DNA of 64,000 nt from an uncultured Verrucomicrobiae bacterium (GTDB lineage Bacteria; Verrucomicrobiota; Verrucomicrobiia; Limisphaerales; JAFGQR01), in NCBI GenBank assembly GCA_963788655.1, contig CAWBHS010000102.1, forward strand, positions 41,835-105,834, written 5' to 3'. The notes below the pieces were generated by a model. The model saw only the letters and a program-made list of their open reading frames with translations. It ran no database searches and was not told where the DNA came from. Of this stretch, positions 62,900 through 64,000 are shown one piece after another. The position numbers and the translations under genes were made by a program. Each line of letters starts with the position of its first letter. Positions within the stretch are counted from its first letter, which is position 1.

Positions 62900-63603
62900 G
62901 ATCCCGCGCCGCCAGCGCGATCTCGACCATGTCTGCGAAGGTCTGCTCCCGTTCGGCGGAGGTGCGTCTCTCGCCGGTGACCAGGTGATCGGAGACGGTG
63001 CAGATCGCCAGCGCGCGACGGCCGTGGCTGCGCGCGAGCGTGTAGAGCGCGCTGGCCTCCATCTCGACGGCGAGCACCCCGTAGTCGACCATGCCGGGCG
63101 GTCAGCTCGGGCCGCGGCGGTAGAACGAGTTGATGGAGAGGATCGGGCCCACGTGGCCGGTCACTCGTCGCGGTGCCCGCGGCTGCGTCGTGGGCCGCGC
63201 GGAGCAGCCCGAAGTCGGCGACCGGCGCGTAGTCGAGGCCCTCGAACCGGATCCGGTTCATCGAGGAGTCGGTGCAGGCGCCGGAGGCGATACGAGGTCG
63301 CGCATGGCCACCCTCTCGGTCAGCGCGCCGCAGGACCCGACCCGGATGATCGGTCTGAACGTCGTAGTCGTCGAACAGCTCGTGTGGCGTAGATCGCCAG
63401 CGACGGCTGGCCCATCCCGGAGCCCTGCACCGAGACCGGCTGGCCCTGCCAGGTGCCGGTGAAGCCGTACATGCCGCGGACCTCGGTGTAGCAGCGCGCG
63501 TCCTCGAGGAACGTCTCGGCGATCCACTTCGCCCGCAGGGGGTCGCCGGGCATCAGGACGAGGGCGCGATCTCGCCCGGGGCGGCGCCGATGTGGGTGCT
63601 CAC
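62900..63603 (-). CDS. deoD: Purine nucleoside phosphorylase, DeoD type (frameshifted; end approximate)
   Basis: [46 protein letters not shown]. Confidence 0.9.
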
Positions 63604-63648
63604 AAGCGCCACCTTAGCCTGAGAACGCAACTGGTTAGGTTGGGCATC

Positions 63649-63945
63649 GTGACCCACCCGCAGCTGCACCGCGGCCTGCCGCCCATGACCGGGCCGCCCA
63701 CCGACGCACCACGGGGCCTGGCTGGACGAGCGGTGGGCGGATCCCAGCACCCGGGTGCTGGTGGTGGCCGGGACTCGCGGATCCGGCCCGTCGACGGCCG
63801 ACCGTCGTGGGTCTCCACCGCGGAGGCGCCGGACGGGCTACGGGTGCTGCTCGGCGAGCGCGACGGGCGCACATGGTTCGCGGTCGTCGTCGACCCCGAG
63901 GACGCGCCCGGCGAGCGGTCGGAGTGGCTCGGGCTGCGCGCGGCT
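63649..63945 (+). CDS. nudC: NADH pyrophosphatase, N-terminal fragment
   Basis: WLDERWADPSTRVLVV...LLGE.DG..WFAV; adnAB-nudC synteny typical of actinobacteria; catalytic part absent. Confidence 0.6.
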
Positions 63946-63993
63946 TAAGCAGGACGACGAGTCGAGGAAAGAAGCAAAAGGGTACGTATTGCT
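63946..63993 (+). other. Probable Oxford Nanopore adapter remnant
   Basis: TACGTATTGCT (63983-63993) equals the 3' end of the ligation adapter ...CAGTTACGTATTGCT; preceded by non-coding A/G-rich sequence that truncates nudC. Confidence 0.7.
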
Positions 63994-64000
63994 TCAGGCA

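Overview
The window is composite. Bases 1 to ~52,570 look like a moderately GC-rich Verrucomicrobia-type (Pedosphaerales-like) chromosome; this taxonomic call is inferred from gene content and repeat style. That part carries a 5'-truncated RAYT transposase, a vapBC pair, carbohydrate enzymes, hpnA, smc, a Gfo/SDR/SIS/MetE-like/MBL cluster, thiH-thiS, pgl-pgm, a full-length ArgZ/AgrE-type arginine dihydrolase, a ~2,550-aa PPC-repeat surface protein, ygfZ-like, nagB-like, a GNAT-nitrilase fusion, ppdK, a two-component pair and ltaE. Its intergenic spaces hold many REP/REPIN/MITE families. At ~52,572 the sequence switches mid-gene to much higher-GC, indel-rich actinobacterial (Nocardioides-like) DNA with adnA-adnB, deoD and a nudC fragment. 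It ends in a Nanopore adapter remnant, so this part is most likely a chimeric read or assembly artefact. The best novelty candidates are: (i) a ~200-bp element with no terminal repeats or target duplication, present in two copies, one splitting a gene in-frame and the other carrying the start codon of the giant surface-protein gene; (ii) a core MetE-like enzyme translationally coupled to sugar-catabolic genes; (iii) ArgZ/AgrE in a non-cyanobacterial host. No CRISPR array, rRNA or tRNA was seen. All calls come from motif recognition; no searches were run.
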